64,000 nucleotides of DNA from Candidatus Latescibacterota bacterium (GTDB taxonomy: Bacteria > Latescibacterota > UBA2968 > GCA-2709665). Position 1 is the first letter of the stretch. Each line of letters begins with the position of its first letter. Positions 19,112 to 29,223 of the stretch are shown in pieces. The notes under the pieces were generated by a model, which saw nothing but the letters and a program-made list of their open reading frames with translations, did not search any database and had not been told where the DNA came from. The position numbers and the translations under genes were made by a program. The stretch covers positions 32,001 through 96,000 of the forward strand of contig CAXXJS010000040.1 in assembly GCA_963662665.2 (NCBI GenBank). Reading direction: 5' to 3'.

Positions 19112-20032
19112 TCACGTCCATGCCGCACGTCCCCGCGTGTCCAGATCCAACCTGGGTCCGCGCTCGGGCAGGGGAACGTGTGTCCGGTAGGATTCGGCGA
19201 TTTCGGCCGCAGTTGCCGGAACCAGAGCGCAGCCCTGCTTTTCACATATTTCCTTCGCAGCCGCAACCACGCCCAGCATCGTCTCCCTCCGAAAGTCTTC
19301 CGCGTTTCCGTAATCGAAAATATTGTGCGTCAGCGCTTTCAGGTACTTGACGGGAACGTCGCTTCCGGCCTCGATCTGTCGTTTCACGTTCTTGTTAATG
19401 GTATACCAGTGGTTTTTTGCGTCTACGAGTTCAATCCGCAAATCCTGAGGGTGCGCACCGCCCCACATCCGCGAGTCCACGTCCACCGTGGGCGGAATAT
19501 CCACAAAATCCACGTCTCCGGACAGGGACCGATTGTACCGGTGCGGGTAGTGGATATCCAGCGGCGAACCGCCCCACACGCAGGCGCATTGCGGCAGGTT
19601 TCGCGTTGGCATCGTTACCGTGCCGTGCGTGAACCCCAGCACCTCCAGCGCGGGAAAGGTATGGTCGTTGGCCGAAAAATAACCGGGTGTGAATACGGCG
19701 GGCGGGCGGCCCATTGAATCGGCGAACTGATCCGCGGCCTCCTTCAGAATCCCAACCTGGTCCTCGAACCCGTACACGCCCAGGAATTCTTCGTAACCCT
19801 GTTCCGCCGGGTGGACGTGCAGGCCCACCTCGTGGCCTTCGGACTCGAGTTCTCGATACACGCCCGAATGCACCTTCATGTCTGAAGGGATTACGACAAA
19901 CGTCCCCTTCGCGCCTGTCTGCGAGAAGATTTCGCCCAATCCCCGTATTGACCGCTCGCCCAGCGCCGGGTCGTTGATACTGCGCTGCGTGGATTCGCAA
20001 TCGATCTGAACGTTGAAAAAAATCTCCGCCAC
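19112..20032 (-). CDS. Polysaccharide deacetylase (CE4/NodB-like) family protein
   Basis: IDCE, KGTFVV, GHEVGLHVH and FTPGYFS motifs. GGAGG RBS. Confidence 0.8.
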   Translation of the reverse strand: MAEIFFNVQIDCESTQRSINDPALGERSIRGLGEIFSQTGAKGTFVVIPSDMKVHSGVYRELESEGHEVGLHVHPAEQGYEEFLGVYGFEDQVGILKEAADQFADSMGRPPAVFTPGYFSANDHTFPALEVLGFTHGTVTMPTRNLPQCACVWGGSPLDIHYPHRYNRSLSGDVDFVDIPPTVDVDSRMWGGAHPQDLRIELVDAKNHWYTINKNVKRQIEAGSDVPVKYLKALTHNIFDYGNAEDFRRETMLGVVAAAKEICEKQGCALVPATAAEIAESYRTHVPLPERGPRLDLDTRGRAAWT

Positions 20033-20073
20033 GGGCCTCCACCTCCTTGCTCACTTTTGAGCGCAACGCGAGA

Positions 20074-21810
20074 TCAGCCGACCTCCACCCGGTGCTCGAA
20101 CGCGTTGACCTCCAGGTACTCGCGCTCGACCGAATCGTCCTTGTTGCGAAATACCGAGAGACGCAGCGGCGAGGACGTCCTGCCCGCCAGCGTACACCGC
20201 GCCGTCGCACTATCCGCAGATACCTGCTCGATCCAGGTCCCCTCCTTGCCCTGCAGATAGTGACCGATTTCATCGTGGCTGGCGTAGATCTTCTCGTAGC
20301 CGGCCGTCATCTCCCGGGTTCGACCGAGAATCCGGTCCCATTCATCCATCGTAATCGCGTCGAACTTCTGCTCATGGGTGACGATCTCCGCGTAGAATCC
20401 GGCACGGAGCCCATGCCGGATCTGCAGGGCCGCGTTGCCCGCCGCCTTTTCGACGTCTGTCCTTTCGTTCTCGCGCAGATAGGGGGTGCATCCCGTCAGG
20501 AAATCCTCAGAGTGCCGGGCCAGCATCGCCGCAAACGCGAAGAAATCGGGGTCGTCTGGCAGATAGTCGTAGTAACAGGTCTGCAATCCGTACGGCCGGA
20601 AACCGTCCTGCATGCACATATCGGCCTTGTGCAGCCCCGTCTGCAGGGCCGGACAGAAAAACCGGTGACCTCGCGCTTTCAGAAAGGGAAGCGCCCGCAC
20701 CCCGTATTCCCCCCAGTGGAATCGAAGCGTCGCACCCGGGTAAGCCCCGACCCGCTTCCAGAACGCGTCCGCAAAGGCGAAGTTGGACTCCAATTCTTCC
20801 TGGGAACACTCACCCTTGCCGAAATTGTAGATCAACAGCCGATAATAGTCCAGCGCATGGCTGTTGTAGTGGATTTCCCCACTCTGCATTCCGGTCCTGA
20901 TTTTTGGAAACAACCGTTCCGGAACGTTCGCGATAAACAGGGAAGGCATCGGTTTGTACCCATGGCGACTCGCGATATCCGCGTACGCGAAATCGTGACG
21001 CCCTTCGCAGTCGTCCCAGGACATGGTCACGAACGGCGGAATCATATTGGCGGCAAACGGCTTGCGGGCCGTCCACGTGATCGATCGCCAGAACAGATCG
21101 TCCATTCCGCGGGCATGGCCGAAGAACGCGTTCCGCCACACCCTGGAATTCAACGTGAATTGCACGGCGCGACCCGCTCCCCACTTTGTGGCGAACACCA
21201 GGGGGTAGTTGCGCGGTTCGAACGCGCTCCACGGCGCCAGGTGCCGGATATAGATCAACTGTTCCTTTCCCAGAATCCCGTCGGCGAGCGGAACCACGGA
21301 ATCGCCCCACTTTTCGGCGGCAATCGCCGTTACCATCCGGTCGAACGTATGAAACTCCCCTGGGGACTGCAATTGCGTGATATAGTGTTGCCGTTCCTGC
21401 ATCCGAACCGTATCGGTCGCGTACGGATGGGGGTTGATCCGGTCGAACCCGAATATTTCCAGGAGGGGACCCTCATAGTTTCTCAGGTCGTAGTCAAAAT
21501 TGACCAGCCCGGCGCCATTGCGAACCGTGTCCGCGATCAGACCCGTCTCGGAAAGTGTCAACGACGCGCCCAACCCATTCTGCGCCAGAAGGATGCCAGC
21601 GCACTGTTCCAGTGACTCCGGCGTCGGCCGTTCCTCGGCCAGATCCAGCAACCGAAAGGGCATACCGAAATGCGCCAGCGCCGCAAGGACCGTTTCATCC
21701 ACGATCACCCGCTCCCAGTACGGCCCGCCGCTGTCGATAACCACCAGCAACGCGCCGTTACCTGTACTGGTATGCCGCTCTCGCTGCACACGCCCGCTTC
21801 CTGAAGCCAT
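20074..21810 (-). CDS. Hypothetical protein: glutamine-amidotransferase-like N-domain plus deacetylase-like domain
   Basis: GAGRAVQF at the end of the GATase-like domain, VTMSWDD (CE4 motif-1-like) and NSH. Collinear with the cluster. Confidence 0.55.
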   Translation of the reverse strand: MASGSGRVQRERHTSTGNGALLVVIDSGGPYWERVIVDETVLAALAHFGMPFRLLDLAEERPTPESLEQCAGILLAQNGLGASLTLSETGLIADTVRNGAGLVNFDYDLRNYEGPLLEIFGFDRINPHPYATDTVRMQERQHYITQLQSPGEFHTFDRMVTAIAAEKWGDSVVPLADGILGKEQLIYIRHLAPWSAFEPRNYPLVFATKWGAGRAVQFTLNSRVWRNAFFGHARGMDDLFWRSITWTARKPFAANMIPPFVTMSWDDCEGRHDFAYADIASRHGYKPMPSLFIANVPERLFPKIRTGMQSGEIHYNSHALDYYRLLIYNFGKGECSQEELESNFAFADAFWKRVGAYPGATLRFHWGEYGVRALPFLKARGHRFFCPALQTGLHKADMCMQDGFRPYGLQTCYYDYLPDDPDFFAFAAMLARHSEDFLTGCTPYLRENERTDVEKAAGNAALQIRHGLRAGFYAEIVTHEQKFDAITMDEWDRILGRTREMTAGYEKIYASHDEIGHYLQGKEGTWIEQVSADSATARCTLAGRTSSPLRLSVFRNKDDSVEREYLEVNAFEHRVEVG

Positions 21811-21855
21811 CGTTTTCTCCGTCGTATGGTACCTGTATCCGCATCCCGGTCCGCG

Positions 21856-22998
21856 TCAGACCTTGATTTCCCAGAGGTATCCGCTGCGGTAGGGGCTGTC
21901 GTTTTCGCCGGCGTAGATCGTCCCGTCCGGCGTGACGGCCACGTCGTGTACCTGCCAGCAGTCGGCGTCGCCGTCCGACACGGGTCCCAGCAGGTCCCAT
22001 GACTCCGAGTCCGCGTCGAACCGGATCACCTCACACTTCCCATCCCGCCCCGTCACGCCCCAGGCGGCCCCGTCGGGCCCGGGCTGCAGCGTTGTCAGCC
22101 GGCTGCGCCGGTCCGCCACGGGCGTACCCAGGTACGTGCCCATCCCGGTTTCAATATCGATCCGGTATATCGACCCGTTTGCGCCGCTGGCGTACATTCG
22201 GCCCGCGCCCAGATTGAAAATACCCTCCACCTTCTCATATCCATAGCTGCCGTCCGGACTGGGCAGACCGGCGTCGAAATACTCGATCCTGTCCGTTTCG
22301 GGGTCGAACTTGCACAGCCGGTTGCGGTCCACGCCCGAGAAATTCTGCCACGCACGCGTCACGCTCCAGCCGCACCACACGCACCCGTCCTCATCCAGTT
22401 CGAGGTTCTCGCCCTGAGCCATTTCCATCCCGCTGCTGATGGGCCCCAGGTCGTCCGATCGCCCGTCGGCAAGATTGAACCGGAACATCCGCTCCGGCGT
22501 AAACGTCATCCCGTAAATCACGCCGCGTTCCTGATCCAGGCAGATCGACTGGATGTACATATGCGGCATGGGAATCCCGACTTTCTGTATTTCGCCCGTA
22601 GCCGGATTGTATTTTACTATGGCTCCGCCCGGCGCCTCCCAGTACCGATCGATATCGTGCAGGAGCGCGATTGCCCCGTACAGACAGCCGTCTTTCTCCC
22701 ACCTTACCAGCGACCTGTGGAACTTGGCATCGAACGGATTCGCAACTTTGGCGTAACCCAGATCCACGAACTCGCCGGTGGAACGGTCGTAGGCGCGGAA
22801 TATGTCGGCGTTAAAGGAGGTAATTCCCAGATATACACGGTCGTCATCCGCGTTGTGGTACACACTGTCCATGCTTATCCAGCCCTTGCGCCAGGCCGAA
22901 TCCGCCCGGAAATCGTCATATTCCCAGCGGTCCTCGATCTCCTCGTCCCACTGTTTGCCGTAGTCCACGTCCTGCAACCTGAGAGCCTTGACCTGCAT
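21856..22998 (-). CDS. Beta-propeller hypothetical protein
   Basis: Repeated DGxxY/WG blades. AAGGAG RBS. Confidence 0.7.
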   Translation of the reverse strand: MQVKALRLQDVDYGKQWDEEIEDRWEYDDFRADSAWRKGWISMDSVYHNADDDRVYLGITSFNADIFRAYDRSTGEFVDLGYAKVANPFDAKFHRSLVRWEKDGCLYGAIALLHDIDRYWEAPGGAIVKYNPATGEIQKVGIPMPHMYIQSICLDQERGVIYGMTFTPERMFRFNLADGRSDDLGPISSGMEMAQGENLELDEDGCVWCGWSVTRAWQNFSGVDRNRLCKFDPETDRIEYFDAGLPSPDGSYGYEKVEGIFNLGAGRMYASGANGSIYRIDIETGMGTYLGTPVADRRSRLTTLQPGPDGAAWGVTGRDGKCEVIRFDADSESWDLLGPVSDGDADCWQVHDVAVTPDGTIYAGENDSPYRSGYLWEIKV

Positions 22999-23060
22999 CT
23001 GATTCTCCTTTCATGTTCAAGGTAAAGGTGTCACGGAGTCCAGCGTCGCCCCACGTGCGC

Positions 23061-24305
23061 CTATACTGCCTCGCTGATTTTGTTCAGCGCCTTGAAGAAT
23101 TCGTCAAACACCTCCACGATGGCCGCCGCGATCTCGTGCTCCTTACCCTCTTCCCACTCGTCAGGCGTCAACCGTGCGAATGCCTTTGTTCCCTCCACCT
23201 CCGACGGAGACAGAAGATCACCCTTCAGTTCGTCCAGGATCGTTACAGGATCGTCCACCGTCTCGCCTGTCCTGATCTTCCAGAACGTGCGAAAGGGCGT
23301 ACGGAAGAAACTGTTGCCGATGCGCCCGAGTTCGTTCTGAATCAGCCATGTGGTATCGAAATGGGCCGGGGCGTGGCCGTAGAAGTGAAGACGGCCCTTC
23401 ATCAGGCGTGAGAACTTGGCATTGTCGAAAATCACCAGCGCCGGGTCCACCGGAATATCCTGCAGCGCGGCTTTCCAGGCGCCGATATCCGTGCCCGCCT
23501 GCCCGGGTATCAGGGTTACCGCATCCCTCAACCGGGCGAGGATGGCGCCCAGCGCTTCTTCCAATATATCCTCAAGCGTCGTAACGTGGGGCTCCTCGTA
23601 CCACTTCGGAATCTCGTAATGGGCGTGCAGAATCTCCCTGATCAGGTCCCAGCAGCGCAGATGCGGAAAGTGCCGTTCCGCGATCTCGAATGCATCCAGC
23701 TTTCCGCAGATGTCCCGCTTCTCCAGAATGCAGACGGCCGAATGGACGGGCGGATTGAAATAATGCATAATCCGGCTGTGCAGGGGATACTTGTTTTCGT
23801 GGACGCCAAGGTTGATCGCGGGATCGATCGTGCGGTTGTAACGCCCGTAATACAGACAGAACTTTTTCAGATGGAAGTACTCGTCCTTTTCGTCCCAGGG
23901 TCTCCGGGCGAGCGTGTCCAGGGCCGCGCCGAGTCTTTTCTTATCTTCGGTCCGGTAGTACGTCCACTGGTGGTATTCCGGATAGTAGTTCCGCTCCGAC
24001 GTCAGTTCGGACCAGGTCAGATTCACACCGGGCAGGTGCTCGAAGTTTCGCGCCCAACAGGGGTATTTCTCGCAGAGCCTCAGGTGCGTCTCTCCCATCA
24101 CGGTGGACAGTTGGCACCAGTCGTCCACCGTCATGCCGTCGTTCACGATAAACCGCGTATCGAAATCGCTCATGCCCGGCAGAAGGTCCCGGAACATCCA
24201 CTTACCCGCGATCGCCTCGATCTTGTCGCAGTGGTAACGGCACGCTTCGTAGTACGTCCGGATGTAATCCGCAAAGTCGTTCTCCGGCCGGGGTGCGAAC
24301 TTCAT
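23061..24305 (-). CDS. Hypothetical protein with N-terminal Pol-beta-type nucleotidyltransferase-like motif
   Basis: AIAGKW-x6-GMSDFDTRF resembles hG[GS]x9-13DhD. GGAGG RBS before MKFAP. Confidence 0.55.
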   Translation of the reverse strand: MKFAPRPENDFADYIRTYYEACRYHCDKIEAIAGKWMFRDLLPGMSDFDTRFIVNDGMTVDDWCQLSTVMGETHLRLCEKYPCWARNFEHLPGVNLTWSELTSERNYYPEYHQWTYYRTEDKKRLGAALDTLARRPWDEKDEYFHLKKFCLYYGRYNRTIDPAINLGVHENKYPLHSRIMHYFNPPVHSAVCILEKRDICGKLDAFEIAERHFPHLRCWDLIREILHAHYEIPKWYEEPHVTTLEDILEEALGAILARLRDAVTLIPGQAGTDIGAWKAALQDIPVDPALVIFDNAKFSRLMKGRLHFYGHAPAHFDTTWLIQNELGRIGNSFFRTPFRTFWKIRTGETVDDPVTILDELKGDLLSPSEVEGTKAFARLTPDEWEEGKEHEIAAAIVEVFDEFFKALNKISEAV

Positions 24306-24330
24306 CGCTCCTCCTTCCTGGCATAGAATT

Positions 24331-26145
24331 TCACGCCACCATTGCCAGTTCGGCTTCCTGGTTCCGGTCCAGGGACAACACGACGGCCGAACACCGGCGC
24401 CCCTCCACTTCGAGCGCAATAATGGGCTGCTCGCGGCCGTCCAGAAGCACGCGCGAGACCTCCCCGCCTCCCTCGGCAATCAGTGTCAGACCTGCTATCG
24501 GCTCAACGGCCGTCAGCCTGGCAACCGTCCGTTCCGGGCCGGAACTCAGCAGTTCAACCCGCAACGCGTCCCGCGCCTGTACGAAGCAGGACCACTCCTG
24601 CAGGCTGCCGGTTTCGATACCCATCGCCGCCAGCGACGCGTAGACGATATTTGCCGCCTCGAACGTGCGGCGCGGATCGCCTTTAGGCCGGATCAGATAA
24701 CAGGGGTGGAAGGTCCCGATATGGGGTACGTGCCAGCGATCGCGGGACTCGACCACCCACCGTACAGCCGCCTCGGCGTACTCCACCTGATCGAGCCCCA
24801 GCGTGCCGACGCCCGGCTCGGTGATGCTTTGCGAATCGTCGAAGGTGCAGGGCTGCAGAAACAGATCCAGCAGCCCCTCATCCGGATCGAAATAACGCAT
24901 GGGCATGGCGGATGGCAGCGAGAACGGTCCGAAGTCGTACCGGTTCATTCTCGGATCGTGGCCGCAGAAGTGAAACGGCATCAGCCAGCCGTGGTCCACC
25001 AGTATCGAGGCGGTCCTGGCGCCCGTCCACTGGCAACCGTGGATCACGACGTCGGTCACCGGCAGTCCCACTTCGTCGGTAAAGCGACGCGCCTGAGCTT
25101 CCATCTCATCGCGGATGCGTTCGTGTACCCCGTCGTCGAGTTCATTCAAGCGGCGGTTGTACGTAAGTGGAAATATGTCCACTTCTATCGACATGAAGTG
25201 GCCCCGGTCCTGCCACTCCCGGATCAACTTGCCCGCGTACCGGCTCACCGGCGCCCGGAAGAAATTGTGCTTGTGCCCGTATTGCTCCGCCAGTTCAATC
25301 CCTACCGGAGCGCCCTCCTCCCCGCAGCCGTCCGACTTGAAAAACACGGCCACCCGCCGCGCATCGGGCATGTGCCAGACGCGAGGCACAATGCCGCAGT
25401 CGTGCAAGTCCAGCAGCAACTCCCGGACCAGGTCCTGGTGTATGTCGGCCAGCGGGTGCTGCCGCGAGTGCCGCTCGGCAATCCCAATCAGTCCGAAGAT
25501 ATGCCTCGGGCCTCGCAGCGGAAGCATTTCCGACTGCTGTTCCAGCGCCCAGGTGCCGTGTCTCAACCGCAGCACCGCCCCAACCACGTCGTAAGCCAAC
25601 ACGCACGCCCGGCCCAGTTCGACCCGTTTCCGGACAATGGCCGGACCGCTGCGCTTGCCCAGGTCGTCGATCAGCGCGGCCAGTTCCTCGCCACCACACG
25701 CGACACTGAGCGCGGTATCCTGCGGGCAGTACAACGGCTCCGGCGGTACCGTAAGTCCGGCGGCCGGATGGACCACAATCCGTCCATCCGATACCACGTC
25801 CGGCTCGTTTGCCGAAGGCTCTGACGCCGCTTCCTTGTTGGGGTCCATTTTCTGGGTTGACACCACGACCCGACGCTCCACCCCCAGCCTGGCCGCCAGG
25901 TCCCCGCCCGGCATTACCGCAAGCAATCTCCCGCCACGGCGCACATAGTCAATCAGGATTCCGGCGGCATGCTTTCCAATTGCCCCCCGAAGCGTCAACA
26001 CCACGGCCGCATCCTGCAGGCGAGACGGCGCCACCTCGTTTTGCGGGAGGACCTCGAAATGAAACAGACCCTCGGCCTTCAGGATCTCGGGCGCGAAATC
26101 GTGCTCGAGGTTCTCATCGGGCTTGACTACAAGGATCTTCTTCAT
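24331..26145 (-). CDS. Hypothetical protein: GATase-like N-domain plus degenerate deacetylase-like domain
   Basis: PRVWH.P..RRVAVFFKSDG, IHG and TFHP. Same architecture as 20074..21810. Confidence 0.55.
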   Translation of the reverse strand: MKKILVVKPDENLEHDFAPEILKAEGLFHFEVLPQNEVAPSRLQDAAVVLTLRGAIGKHAAGILIDYVRRGGRLLAVMPGGDLAARLGVERRVVVSTQKMDPNKEAASEPSANEPDVVSDGRIVVHPAAGLTVPPEPLYCPQDTALSVACGGEELAALIDDLGKRSGPAIVRKRVELGRACVLAYDVVGAVLRLRHGTWALEQQSEMLPLRGPRHIFGLIGIAERHSRQHPLADIHQDLVRELLLDLHDCGIVPRVWHMPDARRVAVFFKSDGCGEEGAPVGIELAEQYGHKHNFFRAPVSRYAGKLIREWQDRGHFMSIEVDIFPLTYNRRLNELDDGVHERIRDEMEAQARRFTDEVGLPVTDVVIHGCQWTGARTASILVDHGWLMPFHFCGHDPRMNRYDFGPFSLPSAMPMRYFDPDEGLLDLFLQPCTFDDSQSITEPGVGTLGLDQVEYAEAAVRWVVESRDRWHVPHIGTFHPCYLIRPKGDPRRTFEAANIVYASLAAMGIETGSLQEWSCFVQARDALRVELLSSGPERTVARLTAVEPIAGLTLIAEGGGEVSRVLLDGREQPIIALEVEGRRCSAVVLSLDRNQEAELAMVA

Positions 26146-26245
26146 GGATACTGCACCAATGAGGACACGCAACGGAGTGGGCCCGGCGTGCGACTGCTAC
26201 GCTATTCGGATTGACGCCCCCCCCACCGCATCAGCCGTCGCCTTC

Positions 26246-26491
26246 CCCTTCGACAGGCTCAGGGAACAGGCTCGGCTTCTGCAACTCCCCCTCAAGCGGG
26301 GAGTGACGTCGATGGGCGCCGCTTGACTACATTTCGCAAACCAACATCAAATGTAGACTCCTTGGGATTCCCAACGCAGTCGAAAACCGCTTACTGAAGC
26401 GTGGTCATTGCTTGCGTTGAGCCTGTCGAAACGGCTTGTCGAAATGCCGCGCTTCGCGGTCCTGCGCCGACCCTTCGACAAGCTCAGGGAG
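26246..26491. repeat. REP-like cluster (CCCTTCGACA[G/A]GCTCAGGG family plus CTCCCCCTCAAGCGGGGAG hairpin)
   Basis: Copies at 26246 and 26471, inverted partial copies TTGAGCCTGTCGAAA at 26417 and GCTTGTCGAAA at 26434, hairpin at 26285. Confidence 0.7.
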
Positions 26492-26547
26492 CGGCACAGG
26501 CTGCTCGCGTCTATCTGTGAACGCTGACGCCATGAGAGGCAGCGTCC

Positions 26548-27543
26548 TCAACCCAACTCGACCTCGCGGTTCTCCGCCGCGGAGCGATAGATCGCGTCCA
26601 GCAGCGCGTTGGTTTTCGCCGCCTCGCCAAGCGGGCATACCGGCTGGCGCCCCTCCCGGACCGCGTCGACGAAATCCTGGACGACCGGGCCGTGCACGTT
26701 GTCGGCCGGGGTCAGATCAAGCGTATCGACCTGCCGGCCGACGGTTTTGACCACCTCTCCCGAATCGTAGGGATGCCAGTACACCTTCGCCTCGGTCCCG
26801 ACGACCTCAAACTCGTGCCGCCACGTTTTCGAACTCCAGCTGAACGACGCCGTGACCAACGCGCCGTTCTCAAGTTTCATGACGATGCTCGCACAATCCT
26901 CCACGTCCCATTTCTGCACGAGGTTCTCACACCGGGCGTACACCGAAACCGGCATCCCCAAAAGCCCGATCATCACATCGAACATGTGCGTGCCCATATC
27001 GCTGATCGGCCCGCCTCCCGATCTCTCCCGGAAGACGCGCCAGCGTTTCGGATCGTCGGCCGCCGGGCTGAACCAGGAAAAGTAGACGATGCGTACAAGG
27101 ACGACCTGGCCGAATTCACCGTTCCGAATCATCTCCTGCGCCTGGAGATACGCCGGGAACAGCCGCCGGAAATACGAACACCCGGCCAGCCTGTCGCTGC
27201 GCCCGGCCGCAGAAACGGCTCTCGCGCATTCCTCGCCGGTCACGCCCAAAGGCTTCTCCACCAGCACGTGCTTATCGGCTTCCAGGGCCTTAACCGCGTG
27301 GGGCACGTGGAGCCATACGGGGGTTGCAACGTAGACCGCGTCCGCGGACGTTTTCTCCAGGGCTTCATCCAAATCGGCGAAAACCTCGTTCAGTTGGTAT
27401 TCGGACGCCAGCGCCCGGGCGTTTTCCTCCAGCATATCGCAAACCGCCACCAATTCCGAATTCCCGGCGCCTGCAAGGGCCGCGGCTACCCGCTTCCGGG
27501 CAATATCCCCGGCGCCCACCAGGAGCCATTTCACGTTATCCAT
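26548..27543 (-). CDS. Gfo/Idh/MocA family NAD(P)-dependent oxidoreductase
   Basis: VGAGDIA, VYVATP...H, KHVLVEKP and GGG.ISDMGTHMFD motifs. AGGAGG RBS. Confidence 0.92.
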   Translation of the reverse strand: MDNVKWLLVGAGDIARKRVAAALAGAGNSELVAVCDMLEENARALASEYQLNEVFADLDEALEKTSADAVYVATPVWLHVPHAVKALEADKHVLVEKPLGVTGEECARAVSAAGRSDRLAGCSYFRRLFPAYLQAQEMIRNGEFGQVVLVRIVYFSWFSPAADDPKRWRVFRERSGGGPISDMGTHMFDVMIGLLGMPVSVYARCENLVQKWDVEDCASIVMKLENGALVTASFSWSSKTWRHEFEVVGTEAKVYWHPYDSGEVVKTVGRQVDTLDLTPADNVHGPVVQDFVDAVREGRQPVCPLGEAAKTNALLDAIYRSAAENREVELG

Positions 27544-27688
27544 TTTACCTCCTGCGTATAGTCTCGAGGCGACCCGGAAACCGGTCACCTTGCATCCGCC
27601 GGTTCATCCCCTCGCGCTGCATCACATTCCTTGCCTGCGTTTCACCACCCCCGAACGTCCCCTATTCCCTTGCCCTTTTTTGAAAAGC

Positions 27689-27815
27689 GGGGAGAGGGTA
27701 GAGGGTAGACGGGAGAAGACGTCCTTGCCCGATTGGTTCTTCTTTTGTGCCACCGGCAAGAAATGAAACCGAACGGGGCAGGCGATTTCTACCCTCTTCC
27801 GTCTAACGTCTACCC
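27689..27815. repeat. ~125-bp palindromic element with heptamer-repeat arms, copy 1
   Basis: Left arm of (GGGTAGA)-like units, right arm TCTACCC TCTTCCG TCTAACG TCTACCC, central TGCCACCGGCA. Related copy at 36035. Confidence 0.7.
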
Positions 27816-27825
27816 GCCTTTAGGA

Positions 27826-27934
27826 GACCTACCCCCTGTCCTCCTTCCTGAAGGAAGGAGGGAACTGACATTGATTGTCATACGTCTGTTTTTCTCCCCC
27901 TTTCCTTTAGGAGAGGGGGCCGTGGGGAGAGGTC
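27826..27934. repeat. Inverted REP doublet (REPIN-like)
   Basis: GACCTACCCCC..CCTCCTTCC-tgaa-GGAAGGAGG facing CCCCCTTTCCT-tt-AGGAGAGGGGG..GGGGAGAGGTC. Confidence 0.6.
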
Positions 27935-28071
27935 CCCGCGTCCGCGGCCGTAGTGGATTGGCATCACCAGACCGTATCGCAGACCGGATTTAGCTCACCG
28001 CCGGGAGCCGATAGCTGTTCCTGCCGCTTCCGGCCGGCCGAATTCAGGCAATTTGCTGACTGGACAGAATG

Positions 28072-29223
28072 CTATCGGAGTTCAGAAATCGTCTGCTTGA
28101 TCGCCCACGCAATATAGGCCAGGTCCTCCCTGGTCGTGCCCGGAAACACGGGCGTACTGACGACCTGTTCACAGACCCCGGCCGCGATTGGGCATCCATC
28201 GCCGTTATAACCCAATTCCTGAAGCGCGTCCCAGGACCACAGCGGCGGGTAGTGCGTCGCCGTTCCCACCTGAAATCGATCCTTCAGGTGGGCGACGAAC
28301 GCTTCCGTGGTGAACCCCACGGCCTCGGTATCCAGCCGGATCACGTGCAGATGGCTCCCGTGATCGGGGCCGTGTCCTGCCGGGAGGATGACCTCCTCCA
28401 CGTCGGCCAGCAGCGCATTGAGACGGAGCATCCGGTCCCTTCGATCCTGAGTCACTCGGTCTATCTTGGCCAGCTGGGTAAGTCCCACCGCGTATTGGGG
28501 CTTGGTCATCCGGTAGTTGAACCCGACCCTTACCACCCGTGTACCGCTTCCCCCGTAGACGTATCCGAAGGTCTTCAACTGCCGGACCTGCTCCGCGAAT
28601 TCCTCGTCGTCCGTGGTAACCGCGCCTCCCTCGCCCAGGCACGTCATGTTCTTGTTGCTCTGAAAGCTGTAACACGAGGCCTTTCCCCGGCCGCCAACGG
28701 GTTCGCCATTGTACCTGGTGCCAACCGCGTGCGCCGCGTCGTAAATCACCGGAACGCCCGTCTCCTCCGAAATCAGGTCGAACGCGTCCAGGTCACAGGC
28801 GAGGCCGGCAAAGTGCACAGGAATGATCGCCCGGGTGCGCGGCGTGATTCTTTCCCTTACCTTCTTCGGGTCCAGATTCAGACTCGCCGGGTCGATATCG
28901 GCAAGTACCACGCGAGCGCCCCTGGCAATTGCCGTCCCGGCAGTGCAGACAAAGGTAAGAGGGGTCGTGATTACCTCGTCGCCCGCACCGACGTCCAGCG
29001 CCATCATGCAGCAGTCCAGTCCCGTACCGCAGGAATTGACCGCAATCGCCTTACTCGCGCCCTCGTGCGCGGCGAACGCATTCTGAAAATCGTTCTCTTC
29101 GGGAAGCGGGAAAAACGTCCCCTCCTCGTCCGCGACGTCCGTCAACATCCGGCTGACCGCCTCGACGTCGTCCTGCTCGTAAACCCCGCCCATCGAACCG
29201 AAGGGCACCTCTCGAATTTCCAT
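28072..29223 (-). CDS. DegT/DnrJ/EryC1/StrS family PLP-dependent aminotransferase
   Basis: AVNSCGTGL, GDEVIT.PLTF, IIPVHFAG, DAAHA, SFQSNKNMTCLGEGG (PLP Lys) and GFNYRM motifs. Confidence 0.93.
   Translation of the reverse strand: MEIREVPFGSMGGVYEQDDVEAVSRMLTDVADEEGTFFPLPEENDFQNAFAAHEGASKAIAVNSCGTGLDCCMMALDVGAGDEVITTPLTFVCTAGTAIARGARVVLADIDPASLNLDPKKVRERITPRTRAIIPVHFAGLACDLDAFDLISEETGVPVIYDAAHAVGTRYNGEPVGGRGKASCYSFQSNKNMTCLGEGGAVTTDDEEFAEQVRQLKTFGYVYGGSGTRVVRVGFNYRMTKPQYAVGLTQLAKIDRVTQDRRDRMLRLNALLADVEEVILPAGHGPDHGSHLHVIRLDTEAVGFTTEAFVAHLKDRFQVGTATHYPPLWSWDALQELGYNGDGCPIAAGVCEQVVSTPVFPGTTREDLAYIAWAIKQTISELR

Noticed and set aside
27689-27934. Possible CRISPR or mini-array
   Set aside because: The repeats are inverted heptamer arms and REP hairpins, not direct repeats with unique spacers, and no cas genes are present.
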